Assembly (NCBI GenBank): GCA_964016885.1
Contig: OZ024740.1
Location: 50,344,001-50,408,000, forward strand
Reading direction: 5' to 3'
DNA from: Eledone cirrhosa
Lineage: Eukaryota
Length of the DNA stretch: 64,000 nucleotides
The position numbers and the translations under genes were made by a program. The stretch's first letter is position 1. Each line of letters begins with the position of its first letter. Shown piece by piece: positions 1 through 11,510 of the stretch. The notes below the pieces were generated by a model. The model ran no database searches and was not told the DNA's origin. It worked only from the letters and a program-made list of their open reading frames with translations.

Positions 1-713
1 CAAATATAAACTCCTAGGTTATTAATAGTGATTTTCATCAAAATTCTCAATCTCCTCATGGGATACATTTTTATTTATTAATAAGACGAGGGTGATGAAC
101 ATGAAGCAACAGAGAACAGAAATGAGAATGGCTCGGTGGATGGGCCAGGTATCACTTTCAAAGATAGGAAGACAAACAATGAATTGCAGAGGATGACGGG
201 AATAGAGCAAGTGATGAATGTTGTGAAAGAAATGGAATGAAATGGCTTGATTATGTACTGAGAAAGAATGAAAGTAATTGAGTGAGAAAAGTAATGGGAA
301 TGAATGGGGGGGGGGGAATGAGAAAAGCAAGAAAGACATGGCAAAAGATGATGAAGAAAATGAAAAGTGGCAGGAGGGTGCAGACGATAGAACAAAATAG
401 ATTGTCATAGAGCTATCCCCAACTTTAACAGGGAAAATGACCTTCAAATAATTGTTTCAAAGTTATTGTTTTTGCTTTTTTTAAAAATCTATACAGCAAA
501 CTGAATTCAATGGAGATAATAATAATAATAATAATGAAATTATTGTGTACAGTGCTCAGGTGCACTACAACTCATCAAAGGTGCATGTATAGTACATAGA
601 ATAATGTACAAATGTCAGGAAAATAAACAGTGTATGAGTCATGATATAATAACAAGATGATTAAGATAGCACAAGTGAAATAAATAGCATTGGGTAAATT
701 TGAATATTTATAT

Positions 714-1110
714 GGAGGCACATGGCTTAGTGGTTAGAGCATTGGCCTTGTAATCGAAAGGTTGTGAGTTCAATTCTCGGACCGGGTGATGTGTTGTTTT
801 CTTGAGCAAGACACTTTATTTCACATTGCTCCAGTTTAATCAGCTGTAGAAATGAGATGATAGTACTGGGATCCCTATCATTCCACTGCAAAGTGGTCGT
901 GGAGGTGCCACAGCAAAAGAGCACCCAGCCCACACTGTAAAATGGACATGTAGGCGCCACGGCAAAAAAGCACCTAGCACTCACTGTAAATGAGATTGGT
1001 GTTAGGAAGGGTATCCAGCTGTAGAAATCAAGCCAGAATCAGTTCCCATCCCACTCTTGAAAGCAGGGAAAAGCGGACGTAAAATGATGATGATGATGAT
1101 GATGATGATG
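714..1110 (+). mobile_element. tRNA-derived CORE-like SINE with RTE-type tail (family A)
   Basis: A box TGGCTTAGTGG, B box GAGTTCAATTC, CORE-like cttgagcaagacacttt...cagctgtagaaatgag, and a tail shared with the RTE ending in (ATG)n. Confidence 0.88.
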
Positions 1111-1284
1111 ATATGAATAGTTTAACTATCTTAATACCAAACCAATTAAGATTATCCATACTAAAGTATTCAAATTTAAATGAAAGTTTTATTACCGCAT
1201 GAAGGATAGATAACATGAGATTTCAGTTGATTGCTACCAGCCTAATTATATACCAATATAGCCAAGTGATAGACGCTGTAGAGG

Positions 1285-1542
1285 GTGGGCACGGAGTGCA
1301 GATGCAGCCTGGTCTTCACCTGCCCAACGAACGACACTTGAAAACGGCAATAAACTGGACTCCACCTGACGGCAAACGGAAGCGGGGTTGCCCCAAGATC
1401 ATATGGCGACGAACGTTCCAAAGAGACCTGATGGCAGTCAACATCACTTTGCACGGATGCGAAAAAGCTGCTGCTGATTGTGATCGTTGGCAACTACTTA
1501 CTGCTCGATGCACTGTAAGGCACGGAAGAACCTAAGGCTAAG
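1285..1542 (+). mobile_element. 3' fragment of a different RTE (BovB/RTE-X-like) LINE
   Basis: ...PNERHLKTAINWTPPDGKRKRGCPKIIWRRTFQRDL...AADCDRWQLL is a typical RTE ORF C-terminus. Confidence 0.8.
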
Positions 1543-1904
1543 ATACATTTACAGATATTAATCCTCCATTATGTTGAAAATAAATGAAACACATTTAAGT
1601 GGCCTGCTTACTAGAAATAGAGTTCCAAGGCTTCAATAGCCACTCTTTTTAACACTAAGCAAACTGTGATGAATTGAAATTATGACCTTCCATTAATTAG
1701 TTAAGAAGCTTCATTTCATAGATACTTCATATACTATTTTAATAATTTTATTACAGAAAAGGAAAATGAGAAACTTTTTGCTGCTAAAATGCCAATAAAT
1801 ATGAAAATCAGACAACTGCACTATATATAAGAAAACAAAATAAAAACGTTGTGTACATATAAATCCCTCCAAAGATGATTAATATTAATTAAATAATTAT
1901 GTAC

Positions 1905-2045
1905 CAATTCCCCAGGGTTGGCATTTCTTTCGCGCACCAGCTCTTCTAGTTCACCAAGTTCTTCTTCTTCACTCTCAGATCCTGAAAGACGGGATGTTCT
2001 GGCCATAAAGTATGGAGGTAATTCACCAATAGCTGTTCCAGCTCC
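1905..2045 (-). CDS. VMP1: VMP1 exon; gene continues beyond the window start
   Basis: [47 protein letters not shown] contains the VTT/DedA-domain [10 protein letters not shown] motif. tttcag acceptor, gtacat donor (donor less certain), 141 nt. Confidence 0.95.
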
Positions 2046-3374
2046 CTGAAAAATAATTCATAGTTGGCCATTTTATATCTATTATTTCTATTATTAAATA
2101 AATAAATAATAATGAATAGATAATAAATAATAAAAATAAAGAAAGAAACTATTATTAAAAATATTCAGTCAGAGATAAATACTAGCTTAACAGAGTGTGG
2201 TACATGTGTGCAATCACACACGCCCATCAAGGAGGGAGTCTTTGTGTGGTCGTCGAATATGCTAGAAATAGCAGCCAAATCAGTCTTAAATTACACTCTA
2301 CTGCCATTTCAAAAAGGACATATTGTATACTGTAATCCAAACTAGATTATGGGTTGGTTGTAACTGGTCTGATTGATCATGGGCTACACAAAAGCACAAT
2401 CTTTACCTCAGTATGTGTGAAAGAAATGTTGTAGAAAGCATTTAAGGAGTTCACTAAGTGGAGTATTCAAACTAAGTGAAGTTAGAAATGCACTAGCCTT
2501 CTCTTTAGTTTATTTAACCCGTTAGTATTTAAACCGACCGTATCCAGCCAGAGTTCTCTCACCTCTTTCTATTCAAACAGGCTGTAACCGGCCACTCATA
2601 CTGATGTTAAGGTATTGTTCTCAAAATAATTAATATCAATATCTCATAGATTCAATATTATGCGAAATAAAGTGTTTACTGTAAAAATACAATAGTAAAT
2701 ATAGAGTAATGTAAATGATAACGGGTTAAATATGCTGAGTCACATCTAATGAGGTATTTCTAGGGATAATACAATCAAATACTGAATATACCCTCAACAT
2801 TTCTATGCAGCAGAAATATGATATGCCAATGGGCACAGCCCATTGCCAATGACAATGTATGAAAATACTCTCAATACAAATTGGTAACAATGCCTGTTAA
2901 GTTAATACTCATTATTAGGCCTCATACTTAAATCTAAAATGTACATCAATTATAAATCTTAAATGGTTATTACAATTTATATTGCATTTTGTGAACAATA
3001 GCTTCACTGGATATGTTTCCAACAGGCCAATCACTTTGAGAGTGTCAAAAAGGTGTCTGTGCAACAGAAAGAATAAACCAATGTCTAACCCATGCTAGCA
3101 TGGAAAATGGACGTTAAACGAAGATAATGATGATGATGATTTCTGTTTGAAGGCATGGGATTATCAATTTTCTCACCATTGTTTATATCTTGGTCAACTA
3201 CATGATAGATGATACTTATGAAGGTGGTGCATATGTATCTGTGGGTATATCATGACTCATACACTATTCACTTTCCTGGCATTTGTAAATTATTCTATAT
3301 ACTATACATGCATCTTTGATGAGTTGTAGTGCACCTGAGCACTGTACACAATAATTTTCATTATCATTATTATT

Positions 3375-3594
3375 GGTGAATTGGCAGTATCGGAGGGCAG
3401 TGAATTGGCAGTATCAGTAGAGGGTTGGATGCCATGCTTTCTAGCATGGTTACCTCCCATTACGGTCTGAGTTCAAATCCCGTCGAGGTTAACTTTGCCT
3501 TTTATCCTTACGGGGTCGATAAAATAAAGTACCAGTAATGTACTGGGTATTTGCTGGCCTTGTGCCAAAAGTAGAAACAATTATTATTATTATT
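3375..3594 (+). mobile_element. tRNA-derived SINE family B (Nin/Deu-domain-like centre, (ATT)n tail)
   Basis: gagttcaaatcc B box, central gcctttcatccttacggggtcgataaaataaagtaccag. Copies at 13755-13956, 19880-20052, 21257-21428, 31972-32152(-), 33122-33292, 39432-39636, 39755-39933(-), 60665-60850(-) and 60872-61049(-). Confidence 0.82.
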
Positions 3595-3723
3595 AACCAG
3601 AATCATGTTTGTGAATAGAACATCTTAAAATACAGCCACACTCGTGACCATGCAGAGAGGCATAACTGAAAGTAATCATATACTCATATCTGAGCTATTT
3701 TAAAGATGACAACACCAACTTAC

Positions 3724-3805
3724 CCACATAATAGATTCCATTCTTACTTTACTCATTATTGTCCATAAAGACATGGTTTTTGATTCAACAGATGGACAAA
3801 TAATT
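3724..3805 (-). CDS. VMP1: VMP1 exon (not in ORF track)
   Basis: (K)IICPSVESKTMSLWTIMSKVRMESIMW. cag acceptor, gtaag donor, 82 nt, phase 2 to 0. Confidence 0.96.
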
Positions 3806-5020
3806 CTGATAAACAAACAGAAAATAGTTTGAAATTAAGAACAGAAATATTGATACAGGCACATTTCTTGCTAAAATAACTTGGAAATTTTTTATCTATC
3901 ATTCATCATGATATTATTTTATGATTAGTGACATCTACATCATCAATGCCAAATATATGACAGTCTTGACAACAGTTTATACTAAAGAACAGAATTCAGC
4001 AATAAAAAACACTTTACATGTATTTCCATCTGGGAGCCTCGAACCCAATCCTTTAACTTGATCCAGCATCTCTCATGTCTACTATAACAATTTTGTTTTT
4101 AGGTGTAATATTGGTTTTTTTAAATGTGTGTTCAATAGACTTGGTCTTGTTATATTTCTGGTACTGATTTTAGCAGTAAGGTAGGAAATATTAAAGCAAA
4201 TTTAACATCCTCTTATCATTCAACAAAGATCATGAGAGGAATGTCATCCTTAATATAACAGATTAAGATTGAATTGATTATCTTTGGTTAAAATTATTTA
4301 GACAAATGACAATTCTACAGCTTTGAGACATTCATTGTAAAGTAAGTTACATACATAAAGCAGTATACTTATTTTCTTTAATATATTTTCTATCACAATT
4401 TGTGAACAATATTCTTATTAGCTACAGCTTTCTAATGGTTCATTGCAGCCCTCACTATGAATGACATCTGTGTCGGTTTCATTAACCCTTTAGCATTTAA
4501 ACCGGCTGTATCCGGCCAGAATTCTGTCACCCCTTTCAGTTCAAACTATCTGTAACTTGCCACTCATACTGATGTTGAGCTATTGTTCTCAAAATAAGTA
4601 ATATCAAAATCTCATAGATTCAATATTTTGTGAGATATTATGTGAGATATAGCCTTTGCTGCGAAAATACAAAAGTATATATAGATTAATGTAAATGCCA
4701 AAGAGTTAATACATTGTACTAGAAATATAATCCAACCATAAAAACTTCTGCTACAAATAAGTATAAGAAAATCCATCCAATTTCCGTCATCATTATCACC
4801 ACCATTTTTATATCTGTTTTTCCATACTACCAAGAATTGGGTTTGTCATAGATCAAGTCATTACTTATTCCAAGTTACTGACCCCCCTAGATGAGTCAGG
4901 GACCACGTCTGATTCATACATTCCATTTTTGGCATGCTGTCTATGGTTGGATGTCCTTCCTATTGCTAAGCACTTTACAGAGGGTACTGGGTGCATTTCA
5001 TCATGACACCGCTACTATAG

Positions 5021-5260
5021 AGGTTGTCATGTTCTTGGCATGACTAAACAGTCCTCTTTACCCAACAATGTCTTTGTTCATTTGCCAGCCACCATACAGT
5101 GTACTAGATGCATTTTATCATGACACCAGCTCTAGAAAGGTTGTCATGTTCTTGGCATGACTAAACAGTCCTCTTTACCCAACAATGTCTTTGTTCATTT
5201 GCCAGTCACCATACAGTGTACTAGATACATTTTATCATGACACCAGCTCTAGAAAGGTTG
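5021..5260. repeat. 117-bp tandem duplication
   Basis: aggttgtcatgttcttggcatgactaaacag... at 5021 and 5138. Confidence 0.9.
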
Positions 5261-5339
5261 CTTTGTCTCTGGCAAGTTTAAAAAGTCCTCTTTACCTTCA
5301 TTTGTTCACCAATACGAGAAGGCTGCCTTATTCCCAGCA

Positions 5340-5880
5340 TGTAGAAGAGAGAGATGAGAGAGAACCAGAAGACAAGGGTGATAGAGGGGAGGATAATGTA
5401 AGAAAAACAATGATACGGGCGAGAAGGGGACAAAGAGAAGAGTAAAGGAAAAAACTGCCCATGATAATTCTTTGTAAGAATATTCAATAAAAACATGAGT
5501 GATATAGTGGAGGAAGGATGAATGATGGGAGAGAGTACTAGAGGAAAAGAAAGTGATGAGAGAGAGGGTGCTGAAGGAGGAGAGAGAAAGAGGGAGAATG
5601 TGGTATAGAAATAAAGACAAGTAATGGTAAGGGAGTGATGGATAGTAATGGATGTCAATAATGAATGATAGGGTAGTGAGTAATAGGGGAGGGGAGAATG
5701 AGAGCCAGCAATAAAGAAATGGGGATGGAATACAGACAGATCCAATGCAATGCCATCCATTGGTGATATAATGAGAAAGAGAGAATGATAGTAGAGAAGT
5801 ACATTAACTGGAAAGGGGATAAGTGATAGATGTGAGACCAACACAAAAAAGGGGAGTGGTATATGAAGACTTGATATGAA
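5340..5880 (+). repeat. Purine-rich (GA) low-complexity tract; similar tract at 40340-40860
   Basis: Strong A/G bias on the + strand; yields spurious S/L/F-rich antisense ORFs. Confidence 0.7.
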
Positions 5881-5899
5881 CATAATGGTTGGGAGACAT

Positions 5900-6610
5900 T
5901 TCAAATGTAGCCATTATGCATCCCAATTTTGTGAATTGTGTGAGGTGGAAGGTGTGAAAACATTTTGTTACCTTGGGGACATGTTTAATAGAGAAGGAGG
6001 ATCAGACTCTGCAATAGTTCTTTGAGTGAAATCATCATCATCATCATCATCATCGTTTAACGTCCGTGTTCCATGCTTGCATGGGTTTGGACGGGAGTTT
6101 TCCCACTTGAGGCAAGAGTGGTTGTCTTGGAAATTCCAGGAATTGAGTGGTAAGCTAATGAGGAGGAGAGTGTTGCTGAAACTCAATGGAACGGTGTATG
6201 CTACATGTGTAAGAAGTGCCATAATTTATGGGTGATAAATGTGGAACAACAAAGAAGGCTGAAAAGAACAGAAATAAGAATGGTCCCGTGGATGAATGGA
6301 GTATTGCTGAGAGAGAAGATAAACAGTGAAATGCAGAATATGATGGGAATAGAACTAATGATGAATGTTGTGAAGAGAAATGAAATGAAATGACTGGGTC
6401 ATGTGTTGAGGAAGGATGAAAGTAACTAGGTGAGAGGAGTGATAGAAATGAATGTGGAAGGAAGTAGAAGGAAAATAACAAAAAAGACATGGAGGAGAAA
6501 ATGAAAGCCAGAAGTTTGCTGAGTGGGGATGCAGACAAAAGGGAAAAGTGAAGAAACATGGAGCCCAAAAGACTGACCCCTGCTTTAGTAGGGAAGATGG
6601 TCTTAATGCT
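5900..6610 (+). mobile_element. Old decayed RTE RT C-terminus interrupted by a younger RTE tail
   Basis: FCYLGD, KFQEL, YATCVRSAIIYG and RLKRTEIRMV remnants. Related decayed pieces at 70-445(+), 28740-29000(-) and 29630-30020(-). Confidence 0.7.
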
Positions 6611-7161
6611 GGTTGTGTAATGGAAAATATATAAGGTAAAATAATAAAGCAATAATTGTTGTGTTAGCTGTATAATTGAAATGGACTACAAGTTGAAACC
6701 TTGTGTTATTAAATAAGGCTCAGTATTCTTATTAGTCTTAATCTATCAAGCCAAAACACAGGTATCGCTGCAATCTCATAGTTAAATAGCTAACATGTAG
6801 AATGCTATCCTATTATAAAATATCTTCCAACAGTTTGCAGAACTTCCAACCCAGCAGTGAACAGCATGTTAAACTTGGGTTAAAAGAGAGAGAAACAAAA
6901 AAGAGAGAGAAAACTTTGACATATGATTTGAACTAATAATGGGAACCTAAAACTGACACGACTGACAAGCTAATTCCTATTCTGAATTAAATTTAATGTT
7001 TATATATGGTTCAAGTTTAAAACAGTCAATACTGACTTCCTTTATGACGCTCAGTAATAATAACCCTAGCTGAACAAGTGATTTGCACTGAATAAGAGAA
7101 CATGACAGTTAGAGAACCCAGCTGAAGCAACTGAAGCTAACAGGAAAAGAAAAATACTCAC

Positions 7162-7241
7162 TTATTAGGATAGGGGGGCTCTGGGAAGTCGACAGACATA
7201 CATTCAAAAGCAGCTAATGTCACCAATGCTATATGAGGACC
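7162..7241 (-). CDS. VMP1: VMP1 exon (not in ORF track)
   Basis: GPHIALVTLAAFECMSVDFPEPPYPN. ttttag acceptor, gtgag donor, 80 nt, phase 0 to 2. Confidence 0.97.
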
Positions 7242-7884
7242 CTAAAATTAAAACACATATATTGCATGCATAAGGTAAAAATATATTAAATATCACATCC
7301 ATGGAAATACAGTTATAAGACAATGCAAAAAATACTGTATTAAATTTAAAAAAATTATAATTGAATAAAAAAAATTAAACCCTTAACCAAAAAGTAAATC
7401 TAAACAATATGATAAATATACATTTTTTACATTCTTAGGATATTCTTAATAGCTGAACAATGAAACAAATATATTAAATCTTTGATTTTAATAATCACGT
7501 AATGAGAGATCATAATGATAATATATCAACTTTCTTTCATGGTGTCATTTATCAACAGCATTGGAATCAAATTTTAATGTTTTATAAGGTCGTTAACGTT
7601 TCTTAATGTTGGCTTAGTTAACAAACTGCCTCCCATCCCAATCAAACTATATAAAGCTTCTAAAGTTGATATCTTGGTCACAACATCTGTAAGTTTACTT
7701 CAGTACAGCATTGAAGATTTTCCTTTAGTAGACTTGTTCAAATTTACCTTTTTGTAATATGAATTAAGTATGCCAACAGGTTATCAGTTAAAACCTTAAT
7801 CTGATGACTGTTTTTTACTTTTAGTTCAGAAATAACAACATTCATTAGATCCTGAATCTGGAAATCCTCAAGATTACAAAAAAA

Positions 7885-8170
7885 TTAAAGTTCCCCTCCA
7901 TGGCACAAATCTGGACAAGGTTGCTTGTGGAAGACCAGCAGTCACCCATGCATACCGGTCTCCCCTCACCATGCCACCAATGTTGTCCAAGGGAAAGGCA
8001 AATGCCGATACAGCTTGGCACCAGTGATGTCGCAACTCATTTCTACAGCTGAGTAAACTGGAGTAAAGTGTCTTGCTCAAGAACATAACGCAAAGCCCGG
8101 TGTGAGAATCGAACTCACAACCTTGTGATTGTAAGCCCATCGCTCTAACCACTAAGCCATGCGCCTTCCA
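7885..8170 (-). mobile_element. tRNA/CORE-like SINE with a different 3' half
   Basis: Same head and core as family A but an unrelated tail (ggcatttgcctttcccttggacaac...gtgccatggaggggaacttt). Confidence 0.8.
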
Positions 8171-8221
8171 CACACACACAACTAAAGCTGCATTTTTAAT
8201 AAAATAGAAAAGGTTACTTAC

Positions 8222-8423
8222 AAGATAAAGCACAAATGTATGGAGGCCTGTACCCAGACCAACGGAGGAGAGGAAACCAAGACCTATCCAATAGGCATAC
8301 CAAAACAGCTTCTTTTCCACCAATGCTAAGTAAGGTTGATGAGGTCCTTTTACATTATATACTGCACTTAATATAACAAGAAACAGTATGATAGCCAGCA
8401 CCATAAGTTTTCTTTGTAACAAC
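8222..8423 (-). CDS. VMP1: VMP1 exon
   Basis: LLQRKLMV...GPHQPY...[26 protein letters not shown] is a VMP1 hallmark. cag acceptor, gtaag donor, 202 nt, phase 2 to 0. Confidence 0.97.
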
Positions 8424-9099
8424 CTGTGGAAATATACACAAAAGAAATGCAAGAGTGATAAAGCAGTGGGAAAAAGGTCAGAAGATAGTAAAATACTTGA
8501 GTGTGATTCATAAATGGTGGCTGTTAAATTAAAAACCAAGAAATTAAAAATAATACCTCAGAAAATTATTATCGGAGGTTTTATTCCAAGGAGATAACAC
8601 AAAGATGAGTTCACAATCAAGATGACACAAGATCAAGTCAACAGGTGCTATGACATACTGCAGAGGACTGCCCCCACCCACTCAAGCAAAATGAAACACA
8701 GGTAGTCTCTCCCCACTCCAGTTTCCCCCTCCCGTACCAACATAGAAAGACTGATGCATCTTCAGCAGGGCACTGCTACATGCTGCCTGCTCACTCCCTA
8801 GACCTCAGATACCGATTCCCCTCCCACACTTTTTCCTTGGCCAACCATACCAGCTTGGAATGTGTGAAGCACCCCATCGTCTCACTTTCACACCACACTG
8901 TGAAGTGCTGTGCAAGGAAGAGCATTCAGCTATGGAGGCCCAGAATGGAATATGTGAATGACACAGTCATATGACATGTCTGGGCTCAGAAAGTGACAAC
9001 CCATCTAACTAATGCAAGTATGGAAATAGATGTTAAACAGTGATGATGCAAACACACACATACACCTGCAATGCATGTCGCTTGCTCTCTCACACAGTT

Positions 9100-9390
9100 G
9101 GTGCCATGACAAAAAGCCCATAGTCCATCCTGTATGGTGGTAATACAAGCACCATGATAGAATCACTCAGCCCACCCTGTAAAGAAGTTATACTGTAAGG
9201 TGCTACAACAAAAAGCACCCAGTGCAGCCTGTAAAGTGGTCATGCAGGTGCCATGACAAAAAAGCACCCAGTTCACCCTGTAAGGTAGTAGTGCTGGTGC
9301 CATGACAAAAACGCACTCAGTTCACCTTGTATAGTGATCATACTGGCAACACAACAAAAAGCACTCAGTACACTCTATAAGGTGATTGGT
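9100..9390 (+). repeat. Six tandem ~48-bp units of the RTE/SINE 3' module
   Basis: Unit ggtgccatgacaaaaagcacccagttcaccctgtaaagtggtcatgca starting near 9100, 9148, 9199, 9247, 9296 and 9345. Confidence 0.85.
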
Positions 9391-10957
9391 GTTGTAGAAA
9401 GCCAATAAATAAATTTAAAAATCGACCATATGAGCAAGATGTGTTCACATGACCTATAACATGACAGCCCATCTAAAATAGATGTTAAACATTGAATGAT
9501 AATATGCATAGTACCAAACTGACTTGGAACTAGGGACCTTTATAATATTCTTATCCACTAGTCTACTAACATATAGTAGATAAGAATGTTATTACTTTTG
9601 TTTTAGAAAAAAAGGTTTCCAGTTTGAATCTAGTCTGGTACTATGCATGTATCATCATCATCATCACCGTTTAACATTCATTTTTCCATGTTAGCATGGG
9701 TTAGATAAATTATCTTATTGTGGGCAATGCCAGGTCAGATGACCATGTCTTGCACATACAGAACTGATTTGGGCTTGGTTTCTACAGCTGGATGCCCTTC
9801 CTAATGCCAACCTCATTTACAATGAGTACTGGGTGCTTTTAGTCATGATGCCTACATGACCACTTTACAGAGTGGATTGGGTGCTTTTTGTCATGACACC
9901 TACACAACCACTTTACAGTGTGGACTAGATGTTTTTTGTATCCAGGAATAAAACAACTGATAATAATTGTAGATTAAAATGTAATGTGGATGTGAATATT
10001 AAATTATATTTCATCTCTAGTTAATAGTCTGAAAAATTAGAATCTTATTAACAACAGCATCTCATTATCATCATTTGTTTCCATGCTGGAATGTATTAGA
10101 TGGCTTTCCAAAGTTCACATCATCTTGCACAGACAGTAGCTGAGAAAATCAGTCAACTTTGGTGTTACATACACTTTAAGTACATTTCATCAACCTCTGG
10201 AACAAGAGAGGTTATCCCATATATAAAGAGAAGTAAAGAGAGCCCTCTACCGTATGTGTTCATGTTCAGTGTGTCGGGCCTGCAAGATGGATAACTGGTG
10301 ATGCAGCTTGCGAAGTCCATGTTTCACTTATATGTTCAATTTTTGGTACTTTTTCTATGACTGAATGCCCTTCCCAATATTTAGTTAGCTCTGACTTACT
10401 CGTTTTTTCTTGTTTATCTTGGATTACATTATCCAATGTATTGCTCCTTTTTAAAGAAGGCAGTGTGTGATTTCACACTACTCAAGTATAGTCAGCAGAA
10501 AATGAGTACCAGTCTTGTACTCTCAGTTGCTTAACACAAAGGAAACTAGGATAAGCACTGGTCTAATGAGACAGACTTTAGACCTTGTTGGTTCAAACCA
10601 TTATCATCATTTAACCCTTCAGCATTTAAACCAGCTGTATCCGGCCAAAATTCTCTCCTCTTTCTATTCAAACCAGCCATAACTGGCTGCTTATCCTTAT
10701 GTTAAGGTATGGTTCTCAAAATAAATAATATAAAAATCTCGTAGATTCAATATTATGTGAGATAATTATACGAGATAAAGAGTTTACCGTGAAAATACAA
10801 TAGTGTATATATATAGAGAGAGATTAATGTAAATACTAAAGGGTTAACATCTGCTTTACTTGTTAACAAGGGTCAGACGAATACCTAATATAATTAACTG
10901 ATGTGACATTTAAGTTAAACCATTATCTTCTTTTCTGATTGATAGCAAAATAAGAAG

Positions 10958-11156
10958 TACGAGGGTTAGATGAAAAGTTCATAGGCTGACCAAGATATTC
11001 TCATGGAATGACAAAATGAGGTTTATTTTTCAACATAGTCCCTGGAAAGAAACAATGCAGTTTCAACAAAGAGTTGAAATTAATGCTTGCAAGATTTCAC
11101 AGCTCTAACATCACTCCTTCATAGTCAGCCTATGAACTTTTCTGCTGCCTCTTGTA
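10958..11156. mobile_element. mariner-derived MITE
   Basis: TIRs TACGAGGG...AAAAGTTCATAGGCTGAC / GTCAGCCTATGAACTTTT...CCTCTTGTA with TA ends. Confidence 0.8.
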
Positions 11157-11234
11157 GAGATATACAGAAATAACTCTCTGTAATATATTAATATTAATCG
11201 GGACATGCGGTATAAAAAAGTCTCAAGAACTTAC

Positions 11235-11510
11235 TGTTTTGTGTAAGTAGAAAGTAAATGCCATACTTCGAATAAAAAATATTTAGTGGTCCGCAATGGC
11301 CAGCGCCACAGAACAAGTTGCTTCCGCTCCATCTTGAGATGTTCTATTCGACGCTGCTTCCGGCCGTTGCTGCTACTCCTGCCGCCACTACGCTGATTAT
11401 GAGTAGATGACGAAGGAGATTCGAGCTGAGCGTTGTTCGCCGTGTTCCTGTTTTTATTTCTACTTTTGCTGCGCATTACTTTGTTGCTTTCCATGGCATT
11501 GGACAAAGAA
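11235..11510 (-). CDS. VMP1: VMP1 (vacuole membrane protein 1/TMEM49) exon, N-terminal region; internal ATG at 11494
   Basis: Encodes ERKQLVLWRWPLRTTKYFLFEV, matching the VMP1 'IVLWRQPLITLQYF' motif. tttttcag acceptor at 11511, GTAAG donor at 11234, phase 2. Confidence 0.92.

Noticed and set aside
714-785. tRNA-like sequence with A and B boxes (also at 21660, 39998, 52590, 63350)
   Set aside because: Always fused to a SINE core and tail, multicopy, with no full cloverleaf; these are SINE heads, not tRNA genes.
1-1904. miR-21-like hairpin or a further VMP1 exon
   Set aside because: The miR-21/VMP1 linkage is vertebrate and lies at the 3' end of the gene; no such sequence or next-exon peptide was seen here.
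5278-5904. 208-aa hydrophobic ORF (also 40263-40718, 40645-41253, 22-447, 6155-6652)
   Set aside because: Antisense to purine-rich low-complexity or decayed LINE sequence; no family motifs.
7801-7830. Other CTGATGA words (7801, 17143, 30735, 43100, 44549)
   Set aside because: No stem II plus GAAA plus NUH arrangement follows them.
7874-8539. 221-aa ORF as a single-exon gene
   Set aside because: Only 8222-8423 is VMP1; the rest is intron and SINE read-through.
9100-9390. CRISPR-like periodic array
   Set aside because: Whole units are degenerate repeats with no unique spacers, there are no cas genes, and the context is eukaryotic TE sequence.
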